From assembly GCA_965223335.1 (NCBI GenBank), contig OZ244991.1, positions 2,464,001 through 2,528,000 on the forward strand: 64,000 nt of DNA, in the 5' to 3' direction. The notes beneath the pieces were generated by a model. The model saw only the letters and a program-made list of their open reading frames with translations. It searched no databases and was not told where the DNA came from. Made by a program: the position numbers and the translations under genes. The DNA comes from Thermodesulfobacteriota bacterium (GTDB lineage: Bacteria; Desulfobacterota_D; UBA1144; Nemesobacterales; UBA2774). Of this stretch, positions 1 to 10,107 are shown in pieces. How positions within the stretch are numbered: the stretch's first letter is position 1; each line of letters opens with the position of its first letter.

Positions 1-478
1 TCCAGTACTTGGCCTGCACCACCGCAAGCTTCCTCACAGCGTCCTCGACCTGCCACTCGTGCATTCCCCGGAGCTGGTCCCCGGGCTCATACGCGCTCAG
101 GTCCTCCATCACCATGCAATAGGCCGGCGGCTCGTCCACCGTGTAGTAGACCTTGGGCAGCCTTATATTAAGCCCCGGTGCAATCTCTCTATAAAACCTA
201 ATCTCGCGCTCAAATGCGTTTAGATCCTCCCCCACTTGGCGGAAGTCCTCGCCCTCGGGCTCTATCTTTACAACCAGCGAATCCGGCGCCCCCTCTTCTT
301 TGTCGTCGTACTCAATCCCAAGCCTTACCACACTGCTCAAGAGTCCCTTGCCCTCGCCCAGTATCTTTTTTTCAAGCCCTACGACCTTGCTCCGGGTCAC
401 GGCACCCGTCTCGCCGAGCACATGTGTGAGCCACTGGGCTGTTATCTCGTCGGGGTGTTCGGGGTTTTTCATAGCCAT
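1..478 (-). CDS. Aminoglycoside phosphotransferase / EcKL (DUF1679)-like kinase, 5' part only (runs off window edge; absent from the ORF track)
   Basis: Manual translation MAMKNPEHPDEITAQWLTHVLG...GEGKGLLSSVVRL...PDSLVVK...FEREIRFYREIAP...PKVYY...MVMEDL; open to base 1. Confidence 0.8.
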   Translation of the reverse strand, partial: MAMKNPEHPDEITAQWLTHVLGETGAVTRSKVVGLEKKILGEGKGLLSSVVRLGIEYDDKEEGAPDSLVVKIEPEGEDFRQVGEDLNAFEREIRFYREIAPGLNIRLPKVYYTVDEPPAYCMVMEDLSAYEPGDQLRGMHEWQVEDAVRKLAVVQAKYW

Positions 479-582
479 AACTAAAACAATATATAGATGA
501 CCGTCTAAATTACAAACCCAACTGAAATTTACATACTCACTCGTCGTGTTAAGATTCTATCCATTTACCGAGGCCCCTTACC

Positions 583-1164
583 ATGCAGAAAATAATCCCC
601 ATAGTACTGGCCGCTTTGTTTTTAGCCGGATGCACGTGCTTTGACCAGCCCGACTTCCGCCAGACGAACTGGGGCATGACCAAAGAACAGGTCAAGAGCA
701 AAGAGCCCGAAGAGCTGCTTAAAGACGGCAAGGACATCCTTACATACCGGATAAAGAACGAAGACAACGAATACGACCTGCTCTATGTGTTTAAGGACGG
801 CAGGCTGGGTATGGCAGTGCTTCACCTGCGCGACAAACTGCCCGAGCCCAATGACTACCTAAATATGTACAAGATGACCGTGTCAAATGTGTCCAAGGAC
901 TTCGGCCCCCCTGTAAAGAGCCTGGTCGATTCGGGGGGCGATGCCACTGTGCCCCCGCCCATAGAGGACCCGAGTGTCGTGTGCGAGGGCAAGACCACCG
1001 TAAAAAGCCTCTGGCCCAACAAAAACGAGAGCACCAATGTGAGTGTGGAGCTCGACCAAAAGCCCCATGTGCCCGAGCCCGACTGCAACCTCTCTATATT
1101 CTTTGAGAGTGTAGAGTTCGCGGTGGACCCCGACCTTGCCAAACAGCTCCACGAGCTTCTGTGA
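583..1164 (+). CDS. Lipoprotein, FRxxxWGM paralog family
   Basis: Lipobox LAGC; DFRQTNWGMTKEQVK motif shared with the ORFs at 29144, 29872 and 30509. Confidence 0.8.
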   Translation: MQKIIPIVLAALFLAGCTCFDQPDFRQTNWGMTKEQVKSKEPEELLKDGKDILTYRIKNEDNEYDLLYVFKDGRLGMAVLHLRDKLPEPNDYLNMYKMTVSNVSKDFGPPVKSLVDSGGDATVPPPIEDPSVVCEGKTTVKSLWPNKNESTNVSVELDQKPHVPEPDCNLSIFFESVEFAVDPDLAKQLHELL

Positions 1165-1257
1165 TTCTTCTGCACAGGCTCGCCTATAAAACTCAGTTGT
1201 TGAACAAGGTATGAAATTAATTTAATATTGCTTTATCACGCCCCGGAGGTAAATAAC

Positions 1258-1701
1258 ATGAGATACGCCATACTATCTGCTATTTTTGCTGTATTTCTCG
1301 TACCGCTCTATGCATTCGCTGATACCACTGCAACCGAGGACACGGACCAACCCCAGTACCTCTATGTTCTAAGCTCGACCTCGGGCACCGCAACAGACGG
1401 CGTGCTTACTCTCCAAGGTGTACCCACTGTGGTCTACATTGCCGACAATCCCGAAAAATCAGTTGGCTACCTCAAGCTCGCCGAGTTTATCCAAATGTGG
1501 AACAAGTCCGACTCGTTTCGCTCAGACCCACCCAACGCCACACTGTCCATACTCGACGAGCACGGCCTAAAAAATATTGTGATCGAAATATCCGGGGCCC
1601 GTCTCAAGGACACATCAGTGGTGCTACAATACCGCGTGCTCTACGGTGAGCTGCCCCCGTCGTTCGACCAGTCATCCCTGTTCGTAGACTTCGATGTTTA
1701 A
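1258..1701 (+). CDS. Exported hypothetical protein
   Basis: GGAGGT RBS before ATG 1258; signal peptide ending YAFA. Confidence 0.75.
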   Translation: MRYAILSAIFAVFLVPLYAFADTTATEDTDQPQYLYVLSSTSGTATDGVLTLQGVPTVVYIADNPEKSVGYLKLAEFIQMWNKSDSFRSDPPNATLSILDEHGLKNIVIEISGARLKDTSVVLQYRVLYGELPPSFDQSSLFVDFDV

Positions 1702-1792
1702 TGTTGAGTTTCGTAGTTATTTTTGATAGATTAAATATTGAGGCGGGGGATCGGAACAGAGAGAAATAATCCGATATGCGGAGGGGATTAGC

Positions 1793-2647
1793 ATGAATGG
1801 AAACGAGGATTTCATCAACTGTTGGAACGAGATACTTGTACCCAAGTGGAACACGTTTCGACACCTTCTCTCAGGCAATGGTGCCGTTCACAGCGCAATG
1901 GCCTATGAACATTTCGGCATAAAACCCGGCGATAAAGTACTAGACATCGGGTGTGGGTATGGTGAAACATGCCTTGAAATAGCCGAGATCGTAGGCCCCG
2001 AGGGCGAGGTCATGGGCCTTGACTGCACCGAAGCATTCCTAGAGATAGCCAAAAAGGAACGCGACGAAGCGGGTATTACCAACGTCGAGTACGTGCTTGG
2101 CGACGCCATGACGTATGAGCTGCCCGAGAACTACTTTGACGTTGTGTACTCACGCTTTGGTGTCATGTTTTTCCAAAACATAGTCTATGCGCTAAGGAAC
2201 GCTCATAAAACACTAAAACCGGGCGGCAAGTTGTGCATGATCGTCTGGCGCACAATCGACCACAACCCGTGCTGGGGCTTTGCAAAAGAGATCGCACTCA
2301 AACACCTGCCTCCCCCAGGGGACGGTGCTGCCACATGCGGCCCTGGTCCCTTTGCCATGGGGCATGAAGAGACCACGCGCGCGATGATAAACGCCGCAGG
2401 GTTCGAGAACATCGAGATGTTTAGACAAAACGATGCTGACGTATGTATAGGAACGTCTATGGAAGAGGCACTCGACTTCCAAATCCTAGTCGGCCCCTCG
2501 GGCGAGATCATACGCGAGGCCAATGAACTCGGGCAAGAGAAACTACCCGTTATACGCGAGGATATGGCAAGCTATATGACGCCCCACGAACGGGAAGACG
2601 GTGTTTACCTGCCCTCGAGCACATGGTTTATTATGGCCCGGAAATAA
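1793..2647 (+). CDS. Class I SAM-dependent methyltransferase
   Basis: VLDIGCGYG motif I, FDVVYSRFGVMFF, LKPGG; GGAGG RBS. Confidence 0.92.
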   Translation: MNGNEDFINCWNEILVPKWNTFRHLLSGNGAVHSAMAYEHFGIKPGDKVLDIGCGYGETCLEIAEIVGPEGEVMGLDCTEAFLEIAKKERDEAGITNVEYVLGDAMTYELPENYFDVVYSRFGVMFFQNIVYALRNAHKTLKPGGKLCMIVWRTIDHNPCWGFAKEIALKHLPPPGDGAATCGPGPFAMGHEETTRAMINAAGFENIEMFRQNDADVCIGTSMEEALDFQILVGPSGEIIREANELGQEKLPVIREDMASYMTPHEREDGVYLPSSTWFIMARK

Positions 2648-2806
2648 GATAGTACCGACCGTCCTCAGTGGATTAGTATTACGTAGAATTCGCAATGATT
2701 TAAGCGGATTAGTATGTTTCTAGTCCGATTTTAGTCCTTGGTTTTCTAAAACGTCCCGCGATCCGTTATAATAGTGGGCATGCAGCACATCCACGGAGGA
2801 TCTCAC

Positions 2807-3487
2807 ATGCTAAAAGGACTTGTACTAGGACTCGTATTCGGGTTGATACTGGGATATTTGATAGTCGCCGAAACCACTCTCGGCGACAGGTACGAAATCA
2901 TAGTTAACGAAGACGGCAATACCACACACCTGGTAAACAGACGCACCGGACAGTCGTGGTTCGAGAACACAGCGTCTGAACCCGACCCCGACGGCAAACT
3001 GATCACCGTGCGGTTTTGGGAAGAGATCCTAGCCCAAGAGGACGCCCGGGCAATCACCTCGAATGTACGCAACCAGACCCAAGCTGCCACAGAGGCACTA
3101 GAGCAACAAACCCGCCGGGAAGCCGAGGCCATGAACCAGCTCACACAAAATAAACTGACCGAGATTTACGAGATATGCTCCGACAACCAAGAGTGCATCA
3201 ACAAACAGTGCTACGACGCCTCAATAGAAGTAGGCGACCCCAAATGGGCAGTAAGCTGTATAGAGGCCTTTAAGGAATATCTAATGAATATTGTACTTTA
3301 TGAATGTCAGGACGACCCCGCCTGCTTTGAGCGCCACTGTAAAAAGAAACACAACAACACCTACCCGCAGGTCTCTGACTGCATCCGCGAGATAAACCAC
3401 GAGATGCTAAAGCAAAAAGAGGCTCTCACCCCCGACGCCCCAACCGGCGAAGACGACACCACCACCCAGGGCTTTGAGATAAACTAG
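2807..3487 (+). CDS. Membrane-anchored hypothetical protein with Cys-rich C-terminal half
   Basis: GGAGGA RBS; N-terminal TM helix; repeated CxxxxxC-like motifs. Confidence 0.7.
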   Translation: MLKGLVLGLVFGLILGYLIVAETTLGDRYEIIVNEDGNTTHLVNRRTGQSWFENTASEPDPDGKLITVRFWEEILAQEDARAITSNVRNQTQAATEALEQQTRREAEAMNQLTQNKLTEIYEICSDNQECINKQCYDASIEVGDPKWAVSCIEAFKEYLMNIVLYECQDDPACFERHCKKKHNNTYPQVSDCIREINHEMLKQKEALTPDAPTGEDDTTTQGFEIN

Positions 3488-3757
3488 CACACCGAGTGTG
3501 CTTCCATATCTTTGGTTTTTCGCCTTTCCAAGCTGGGATCACAGATCCCAGTTCCGACATTACGGCAATGGCGTATAGAAAATAAGCTAGAGAGGCGTTA
3601 AGAATGTATTTCGGGGCCGGGGTAGGATTAAATACATTTAGCATCGAGAGATTATTTTTAGCTATTTCCGTACAGTCGGCGATTTTTGCGCACTTTTCAT
3701 CGCGGAAAAGTGCGAATTAAAAAGGTAAACAGATACGCTTAACTGATATAGAATCCC
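3487..3757 (+). repeat. Structured dispersed element, copy A (complete)
   Basis: TGGGATC-ACA-GATCCCA hairpin; long stem CCGAC(3554)...GTCGG(3679); terminal hairpin CGCACTTTTC/GAAAAGTGCG. Confidence 0.9.
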
Positions 3758-3773
3758 AATTACAAATAAACTC

Positions 3774-3831
3774 CCGGCACTCCCTAAAAATGGGGTCCGT
3801 CCCCCCATGCCTTGGGTCGATAGACCCCCGA
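3774..3831 (+). repeat. GGYACT-N10/11-GGGG hairpin REP-like module
   Basis: GGCACT ccctaaaaat GGGGTC...; matches copies at 15412, 15758, 26011, 26142, 32761. Confidence 0.7.
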
Positions 3832-3848
3832 CACTAAGAAATGAATTC

Positions 3849-4103
3849 TCAATAATGATACTTACACTGTGCAATGATGATTTCGTTGTCTTTCACTTTA
3901 TAAACCAGGCGGTGTTCTTTATCGATACGCCGCGACCAATAGCCGGCAAAGTTATGCTTAAGCGGCTCGGGACTCCCAATACCCTCAAACGGAGCCCTCT
4001 TTATATCCTTTATTAAAGTATTTATGCGCATTAAGGTTTTTTTATCGGTCCCCTGCCAATACAAATAATCCTCCCAAGCGTTCTCAGCCCAGGATAAGAT
4101 CAT
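3849..4103 (-). CDS. yoeB: Txe/YoeB family toxin
   Basis: AWEDYLYWQ...PFEGIGSPEPLKHNFAGYWSRRIDKEHRLVY...HY; 4-bp overlap with antitoxin. Confidence 0.96.
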   Translation of the reverse strand: MILSWAENAWEDYLYWQGTDKKTLMRINTLIKDIKRAPFEGIGSPEPLKHNFAGYWSRRIDKEHRLVYKVKDNEIIIAQCKYHY

Positions 4104-4354
4104 TCTTCAATCAGGTTGTGTTCAGACGATTTCCCAGCCTCGATCTCGGCCACGGCAGCGGCCAGTCGCTCGACATTCTTGGGGCTTTTCATAAGATATG
4201 CCGTCTCTTCATAGGATTTAAAATCCTCAACCGACATAACCACGGCCGGTTTGCCGTTCTGACGGGTAATCATAATAGGTGTGTGGTCCTCATTGACCTT
4301 GTCCAGCATCTTAGCTAGGTTATTTCTAAACGATGTGTAACTCATTGTATCCAT
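4100..4354 (-). CDS. yefM: Phd/YefM family antitoxin
   Basis: SYTSFRNNLAKMLDKVNEDHTPIMITRQNGKPAVVMS...EETAYLMKSPKN. Confidence 0.96.
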   Translation of the reverse strand: MDTMSYTSFRNNLAKMLDKVNEDHTPIMITRQNGKPAVVMSVEDFKSYEETAYLMKSPKNVERLAAAVAEIEAGKSSEHNLIEE

Positions 4355-4381
4355 TGAATATCACCTCACTTGTGCCTTATT

Positions 4382-4410
4382 ATTGTACATGTACTTATTT
4401 GGCATGTCAA
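4382..4410 (-). promoter_or_regulatory. Sigma70 promoter of yefM-yoeB with overlapping TGTACA operator
   Basis: Minus strand TTGACA-17-TACAAT; GTACATGTAC palindrome at 4385-4394 includes most of the TGTACA (4384-4389) core known for YefM operators. Confidence 0.8.
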
Positions 4411-4556
4411 TTTGTATTATACATACCGATATCATAAACACAATGATAAAATAGAATAGATACCCCTTCATCAATGAAACTTCTCACTGTGTGTTAACAC
4501 AGGCGATGAAAATATATGTATGTATCAAAGTATAATTATTTTATAATACACTTATT

Positions 4557-4931
4557 GTGGTCGATCTAATATTAGCACTGCTATTAAATGTAGCAATAAA
4601 TATATTTCTAGGTTTTTTGATATTGTCTTGTGTGTCTATCCCTCTATATCTCATCTTGGTCTTTATTAAAGAGAATGTTCAGATATTCTCATTTCTTCAT
4701 AATCAAAATGCGAGATACCTTTTCCTCAAAATTAGTCAGGGTAGTTTTATCGGAATTTTTGTATCATATGGATTCCTTACTCTTGTATGTATAAGCATAT
4801 TTATATTTGGATCTTCATCTTGATCATACTCATGCATCAGTAAATATAGCTTCATAGGCATATCTGGCACATTTGCTTGTCTTACGATCATTTACATACT
4901 CTTTTATATCCTATTGCTCATTGCTGATTGA
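4557..4931 (+). pseudogene. AT-rich membrane protein, possibly interrupted by TGA at 4821-4823
   Basis: Two TM segments, then the frame stays open for 35 codons encoding another hydrophobic helix up to TGA 4929-4931. Confidence 0.35.
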
Positions 4932-4985
4932 TTCAGAAGATCCCTCCCCAGGACTGACATTAATGCCGTAGTTTACTATATTAAC

Positions 4986-5066
4986 ATGATCGCCATGACC
5001 AAACGAATCAATATTGGGTGTGGGAACACTCCAACAGAGGGCTGGACCAACTATGACGGCTTACAA
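4986..5066 (+). pseudogene. N-terminal remnant of a SAM methyltransferase
   Basis: KRINIGCGNTPTEGWTNYD resembles motif I of Methyltransf_11-type proteins; similarity stops abruptly. Confidence 0.55.
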
Positions 5067-5144
5067 ATCTTTTTTACTCTAGCCTCTATAGAGATTAATC
5101 CGTGTGTTATATTATCACCATCTAAACACAGAGAGGTTGTGAAT

Positions 5145-5588
5145 ATGCCTAGATCAACAAATCCATCTTTAACTTTAATATTGATAGCACTCCTGGGTAT
5201 ATCAATCACAGCATGCCCTGCCTCCCGGGATAAAGAGCCCGAGCCCAAGACCCAAGAAGCCTCAAAAGAGCTCACATACAGCCAGAAACAGGAGCTCAAG
5301 AAGACTATAGAGGAAAAGGCCCACCTCCAGCCGCGCCGCAAACAGATGATCGACGATATGATCAACGGCGACATTATTGTTACAATTGAGGTCCGCGACA
5401 ACACCCCCTATGTCTATGTTGCAGAACCCTTCCTCCATATGACCCCCAAGGACCAGACCGCGCTCCTAAATCTCATATGGTACTACCATCTGACCGAAAA
5501 TCCCAAAGCCCTGACTATTAAGATCTTCGATTTTGCTACGTCAAAAGATATAGGTAAATACGACTATTACGGCCTAAACTTAAAGTAA
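5145..5588 (+). CDS. Putative lipoprotein
   Basis: GAGAGG RBS before ATG 5145; hydrophobic stretch plus ITAC lipobox. Confidence 0.7.
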   Translation: MPRSTNPSLTLILIALLGISITACPASRDKEPEPKTQEASKELTYSQKQELKKTIEEKAHLQPRRKQMIDDMINGDIIVTIEVRDNTPYVYVAEPFLHMTPKDQTALLNLIWYYHLTENPKALTIKIFDFATSKDIGKYDYYGLNLK

Positions 5589-5798
5589 TATCTTAGATAT
5601 CGTCCCTGTATTCTAAGCTAATTAGGTATTTCACTACACGTAACATGCTGTAAAAACAGACTTTATGCCTCTTGATGACAAGATATTAACAATCCATTCA
5701 CATTCCCTATACGCTGCTTTAACATTCTCAGGCAACCATTAATATTACTTGACAAATTAGTCCAAAATATAATATGATTGTGGTGGGAGGATGGTATC

Positions 5799-6125
5799 AT
5801 GGCAACCGTAACGTGCAGAGCATGTGGCGAGCCTTTCAGTTTGGGTCTGAGTAACTGTCCGAATTGCAACTATTCGGTAAACGAACTCGAACTTCTGCGT
5901 CTGAGACCAAAGCAAAAAAAGAGCAACTCGACTCTCTGGGGTATTACTCTGGTTCTATTGAGTTTTGCAGCCTCGTTCACATTCGTGTTCCCAATGATAT
6001 ATCTCAATTCGTCAAACGAATCGCGCATCGAGGTCGGACAGACCAGCTTAGAGGATCAAGCCCGGCAAAAAGCTCTAGTCAAAGAGAACGTTCTCGTAGA
6101 CGGCTACAGCATCCAGACCAAATAG
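5799..6125 (+). CDS. Zinc-ribbon single-TM hypothetical protein
   Basis: CRAC...CPNC, TM helix, GGAGG RBS. Confidence 0.6.
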   Translation: MATVTCRACGEPFSLGLSNCPNCNYSVNELELLRLRPKQKKSNSTLWGITLVLLSFAASFTFVFPMIYLNSSNESRIEVGQTSLEDQARQKALVKENVLVDGYSIQTK

Positions 6126-6197
6126 TTATAAAAGCTTTTCTGGTTGTTGAATTCGGCAAATGGGCATTTAATGTCGGGCAGAAATGTTATAGCCGAA

Positions 6198-8422
6198 CTA
6201 TCGCTTCGAGCTTATGAGCAGCATGGGGCAGTCGGTCTCTCGTGCTATTTGCATAATATGCTCTCCAAACACCTTCTCACGCCTGCTTACCCTTTGAAGC
6301 CCCAGCACTATAAGGTCGGTTTCGGTAGTCTGGCCGATTATCTCACCCGCTACATCTTCGTTCTTTTCAACCTTTACCCTCAGGTGTCCCCTGCCCACCT
6401 GGTCTCCGGCATACACAAACAGGTCCTTGCGCACACGGTCTAGCTCGCCCCACTCGGCACTCTCTGGCATTACGCGCAGGAACGTCACCTCGGGGTTGCC
6501 GCTTCGGCATATACTGCCAAGCACCCTTGCCAACAGTTCACTATGTCCTCCCCTGCCCGCCACCGGCACTAGAACACGATTCGCTTCAGATATGTGCCAC
6601 CCCCGGGGCGCACGCAGCACCACCACATCACAGTCCACCATGCTGATTAGCCTCTCGAGATTATCCACGGTCGTCTCGTCACTAAGTTTTGTGAGCCCAA
6701 CCAAAAGGCTCTCGCACTTATGCTCCCGCGACACTCTTATGATCTCGGGCCAGGACCGCGAAGCTATAGTTGTAAGGGCCTCGGGCTCAAGCCCCATACC
6801 CAGCGACGACACCAGCGCTTGACGAAGCACGTTCTGAGTATCTTTCACGGCTCGATCGTTATCCTCTGGGCCCCAGTTCTCTCCGGGAGTAACGACCGAG
6901 AGCAGCATCACCCTGCCCAGACCCGGAGGTGCCAGTGCATTGGCCATTGCTACCATCGACACTGCGTTGTCAGGGTTGGCTATCGGTACCAGCACAAGCG
7001 GGCTCTTGCCCCTTAGCCTAAGCAGCTCGGGGTCGTACCCCTCTGCCGATGCGTCCACTATCCGCGCCCTGCGCTCAAAGAGAATGTAGTAGAGCACAGC
7101 ACCTAGTCCGAGCCATAAAAGCGCTATCACACCCGCCACCGGCACCACCACGCCCTGGAAAACTGCAAGCGCTATACACGCCGCCATGCCCACCACGGGC
7201 ACAAGCGGAAAGTAAGGCGTTAAGTAGCCGGCAGTGCCCGCGCTGCGCCTTTTCCTGGCCAGGTAGCTTACGAGGTGTGCCAGAGCAAACGTCACAAGGA
7301 ATATCAAACTCGCGGCAGCACCCGCACTGGCAACATCTGGCACGATCAACACCGTGACTATGATGATAAACGACGTGACCATCACCGCCCTCACAGGGTT
7401 ATTGGCCCTGCCCTCGAGCACACTCAGTGTGGTTGGGATGGTACGGTCAGCGGCCATGCTTCTGGCAACGTGCGATGCCGCAAGCAGGTTGGCATAGAGG
7501 GCAGACAACATCGAGAGCACTGCAGCCACAAGCACTATCCAGTACCCGAACTTACCCAGGTAGTTAAACGCAGCCTCGGCCACCACCGCCTCGGGCGCCG
7601 ACTTGCTAAACTCCATAACCCCTACCCCCTCGCCTGTGCCCACTGTCGTAATAATGAGCAGTAGCGGCAGGTAAATGCCCAGTGCAATCAAAAGCGAGAT
7701 TATCATGGCGCGGGGGATGTTTTTGGAGGGGTTTTTTACCTCGCCCCCCACAGCAGCAATCAGGTCAAACCCCTGAAACGCGATGAACGTGTAGCCCATT
7801 GCAGCCAATAGCCCTAATGCACCGAATTCGAAAAACGGTGTGAGGTCGGCCGTGAGCTCCTGGGGGCTTTGGGCCGAGAACGCCCAGAACCGCCGATAAT
7901 GAGGACCGAGAACGCAATGATTTTTCCGATATTGGATACAAGCGCCCCCCCGCCCGGGCGAAACGTAAGCTGTATTGCGTATACAGATGTTGCGATTATT
8001 GCTATTAGCGACGAGGTCCAGGGCTCACGTGCCCACTCGGGGCTTATACCAAAGAGCCCCTCCCAAAGCGCCCCCAGAACGAGTGAGATGAAATACCCCG
8101 CACCCACGGCATATAGGACCGCAGCCATGATCGACGCGAACCACACGACCCACCCCACCGCAAACGCCGAGCGTATGGAAAGCACCTTTTTCGAGAATAT
8201 GTACGTACCACCCGACTCGGGAAACCTTGCCGCAAGCTCGGCAAAACTAAGTGCGGTTAATAGCGCTATGACACCGTTTAGTGCAAAGGCCAGTATGGCG
8301 GACGGCCCCGTGGCGGCAAACGCCACACCCGCGAGCGCAAGTATGCCCCCGCCCACAATGGCGCCCACTCCCACACCTATGGCCCCAAACAGCCCTATCC
8401 TTCTCTCTGTATTTTCTGTCAT
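6198..8422 (-). pseudogene. APC-family amino acid permease fused to USP-like domains, frameshifted near 7890
   Basis: GAIVGGGI and ELAARFPESGG in the first ORF, FQGFD...EVKNPSKNIPRA in the second; adding one base at GGC-GG-TTC restores IIGGFWAF...PFFEFGALGLLAAMGY. Confidence 0.85.
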
Positions 8423-8464
8423 GAAAACCCCGCCCGGTAATTATACGCGACCACGCCTTCTTTA

Positions 8465-8581
8465 GATATGCTTTAGCTTTGGTTTTCCAATATGGGGTTG
8501 TAAACCCCAATCCCGACATTACGGTAATGGCGTAAAGAAAATAAGATTGAGAGGCGTTAAAAATGGATTTCGGGGCCGCGG
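8465..8581 (+). repeat. Structured element copy B (left half, ends at apical loop)
   Basis: TGGGGTT-GTA-AACCCCA, CCGACATTACGG...GGCGTTAAAAATGGATTTCGGGGCCG. Confidence 0.85.
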
Positions 8582-8822
8582 GCACACTGAGTGTGCTTTC
8601 ATATCTTTAATCTGTTGCCTTTCCAACATGGGATTGCAAATCCCAGTCCGACATCAGAGATATAGCGTTAAGAAAACAGGGTAGCGCGGAGTTAAAATTG
8701 ATTTTCGGGGCTGCGGTTGGATCAAAATCAATAGCCCGCGCTATCATGGTTTTAGCGTATATCTCGTTAGTCGGTGACTTTTGGCTACTTTTGGTCAAGC
8801 AAAAGTAGCAAATAAATAGGTA
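8582..8822 (+). repeat. Structured element copy C (complete)
   Basis: GCACACTGAGTGTGC leader, TGGGATT-GCA-AATCCCA, CCGAC(8648)...GTCGG(8774), GCTACTTTTG/CAAAAGTAGC. Confidence 0.9.
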
Positions 8823-8839
8823 TGGTATATTTCTCACCA

Positions 8840-9178
8840 ATGACCGAAAACCGCCGTTCCGACATAGACACCTATTACTACTATCTAAACATGATTACGG
8901 AATATGTACGTAACCGCTACGACGACCGCGTGCTTCACTACTGCGAGCTATCGCTACCCCTAATCCCCGCACTTATAGAGCACGAGATCTCACACACAGG
9001 TGAGTTCGATATCTCTACCATTCCTGCAATAGAACTGGGCGCAAGGCTCTGGGCTCTAAGCGGCAACGAACAAAAACTAAACGAGCTCCAACACCTAGTC
9101 GCCTCGCACCCCGAACTCGCCCCCTGGCAGCTCCATATAGATAAGGCATTTGAATTATTGGAGGAAGTAGAGAAGTAA
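8840..9178 (+). CDS. Hypothetical protein
   Basis: ORF with plausible helical composition; TGGTATATT -10-like box 8 nt before ATG. Confidence 0.6.
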   Translation: MTENRRSDIDTYYYYLNMITEYVRNRYDDRVLHYCELSLPLIPALIEHEISHTGEFDISTIPAIELGARLWALSGNEQKLNELQHLVASHPELAPWQLHIDKAFELLEEVEK

Positions 9179-9240
9179 CATCTTAGGACTCTTGAAGTAT
9201 GAGTCTTGTGACTTATAAACAACAAAAATATGAGTTGATT

Positions 9241-9684
9241 TTAAGGCACAATCGGTGAACATTGAACTATAAATTCTTCTTCATTTTGATCGGTTACAGT
9301 ACCGTTAAAACCACTGTTGCCGAGTATCTCTTCAATTGTAAATGTCCCAATCCCCGTCATATCTGGATCATCAAATGGTTCAAATTCGCATTCCATATTA
9401 AAGCAGTCAATTTGTTCACATTCCCTGGGTCTAATAAGTACGTCCAGTATCGGTTCTGCAGTTAATTCCATTTCCCCTTCAAAAGATTTACAAATATAAT
9501 TATTGCAAAACATCAGCAATCCGTCAGTAGGACATTGCTCAAACGCAGTCAGTGCATCATCGGTATCAACTGTTTGTATACAAGAATCAGTCCCGTTCCC
9601 ATTATTATTTCCATTAGAACAAGAGAGAGTTAAACCAATGATAAATAGCAACAACATAACAATATGAATTATTGGCAGCTTCAT
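9241..9684 (-). CDS. Cys-rich lipoprotein (AT-rich gene)
   Basis: Lipobox TLSC followed by Asn/Gly linker. Confidence 0.75.
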   Translation of the reverse strand: MKLPIIHIVMLLLFIIGLTLSCSNGNNNGNGTDSCIQTVDTDDALTAFEQCPTDGLLMFCNNYICKSFEGEMELTAEPILDVLIRPRECEQIDCFNMECEFEPFDDPDMTGIGTFTIEEILGNSGFNGTVTDQNEEEFIVQCSPIVP

Positions 9685-9745
9685 ACTTGAGTATTATATA
9701 ATTATTTAGATGTAATTTTAACCGTTTTTGCTCTCTAGTGATCTC

Positions 9746-10026
9746 AATCCCGACATTCAGCTATTAGCGTCAAGAAAAATAGCGCAACAGAAGTCGTAAA
9801 TTGATTTTCGGGGGTGGGGTGGGATAAATCTATTTAGCCTCGATTGATTATTTTTAGCCATTTCCGTACCGTCGGTGACTTTTGGCTACTTTTGGTCAAG
9901 CAAAAGTAGCAAAGTAATAGATATTATGGATTGGCCTACTGATATTGAATCCCGTCAAACTTCTCCAGCCATTTAACTATTATTGTTCTTTTGCAGTTTA
10001 AGCGGCACGAGCCGGTCCAGGCACCC
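9746..10026 (+). repeat. Structured element copy D (chimeric arms) with extended 3' module
   Basis: CCGAC(9749)...GTCGG(9875), terminal hairpin identical to copy C, TTAAGCGGCACGAGCCG tail at 9998. Confidence 0.8.
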
Positions 10027-10107
10027 ATTCGCATTTTTCCCCATAATGTAATAAAATCTATGATCCTTTATCGATGACCATCAATAAAGCAAGAGGAATG
10101 GAGAGCA

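Noticed and set aside
214..500. Three short + strand ORFs at the window start
   Set aside because: They are antisense to a convincing kinase-like gene on the - strand.
3426..3874. Short ORFs overlapping repeat copies (also 8247-8585, 8607-8840, 15711-15902, 25895-26137, 35689-35952)
   Set aside because: Their mutual similarity comes from the repeat; frames, starts and stops are not conserved between copies.
4821..4823. TGA recoding (selenocysteine or Trp)
   Set aside because: No SECIS-like hairpin or redox context, and TGA is a normal stop in many genes here.
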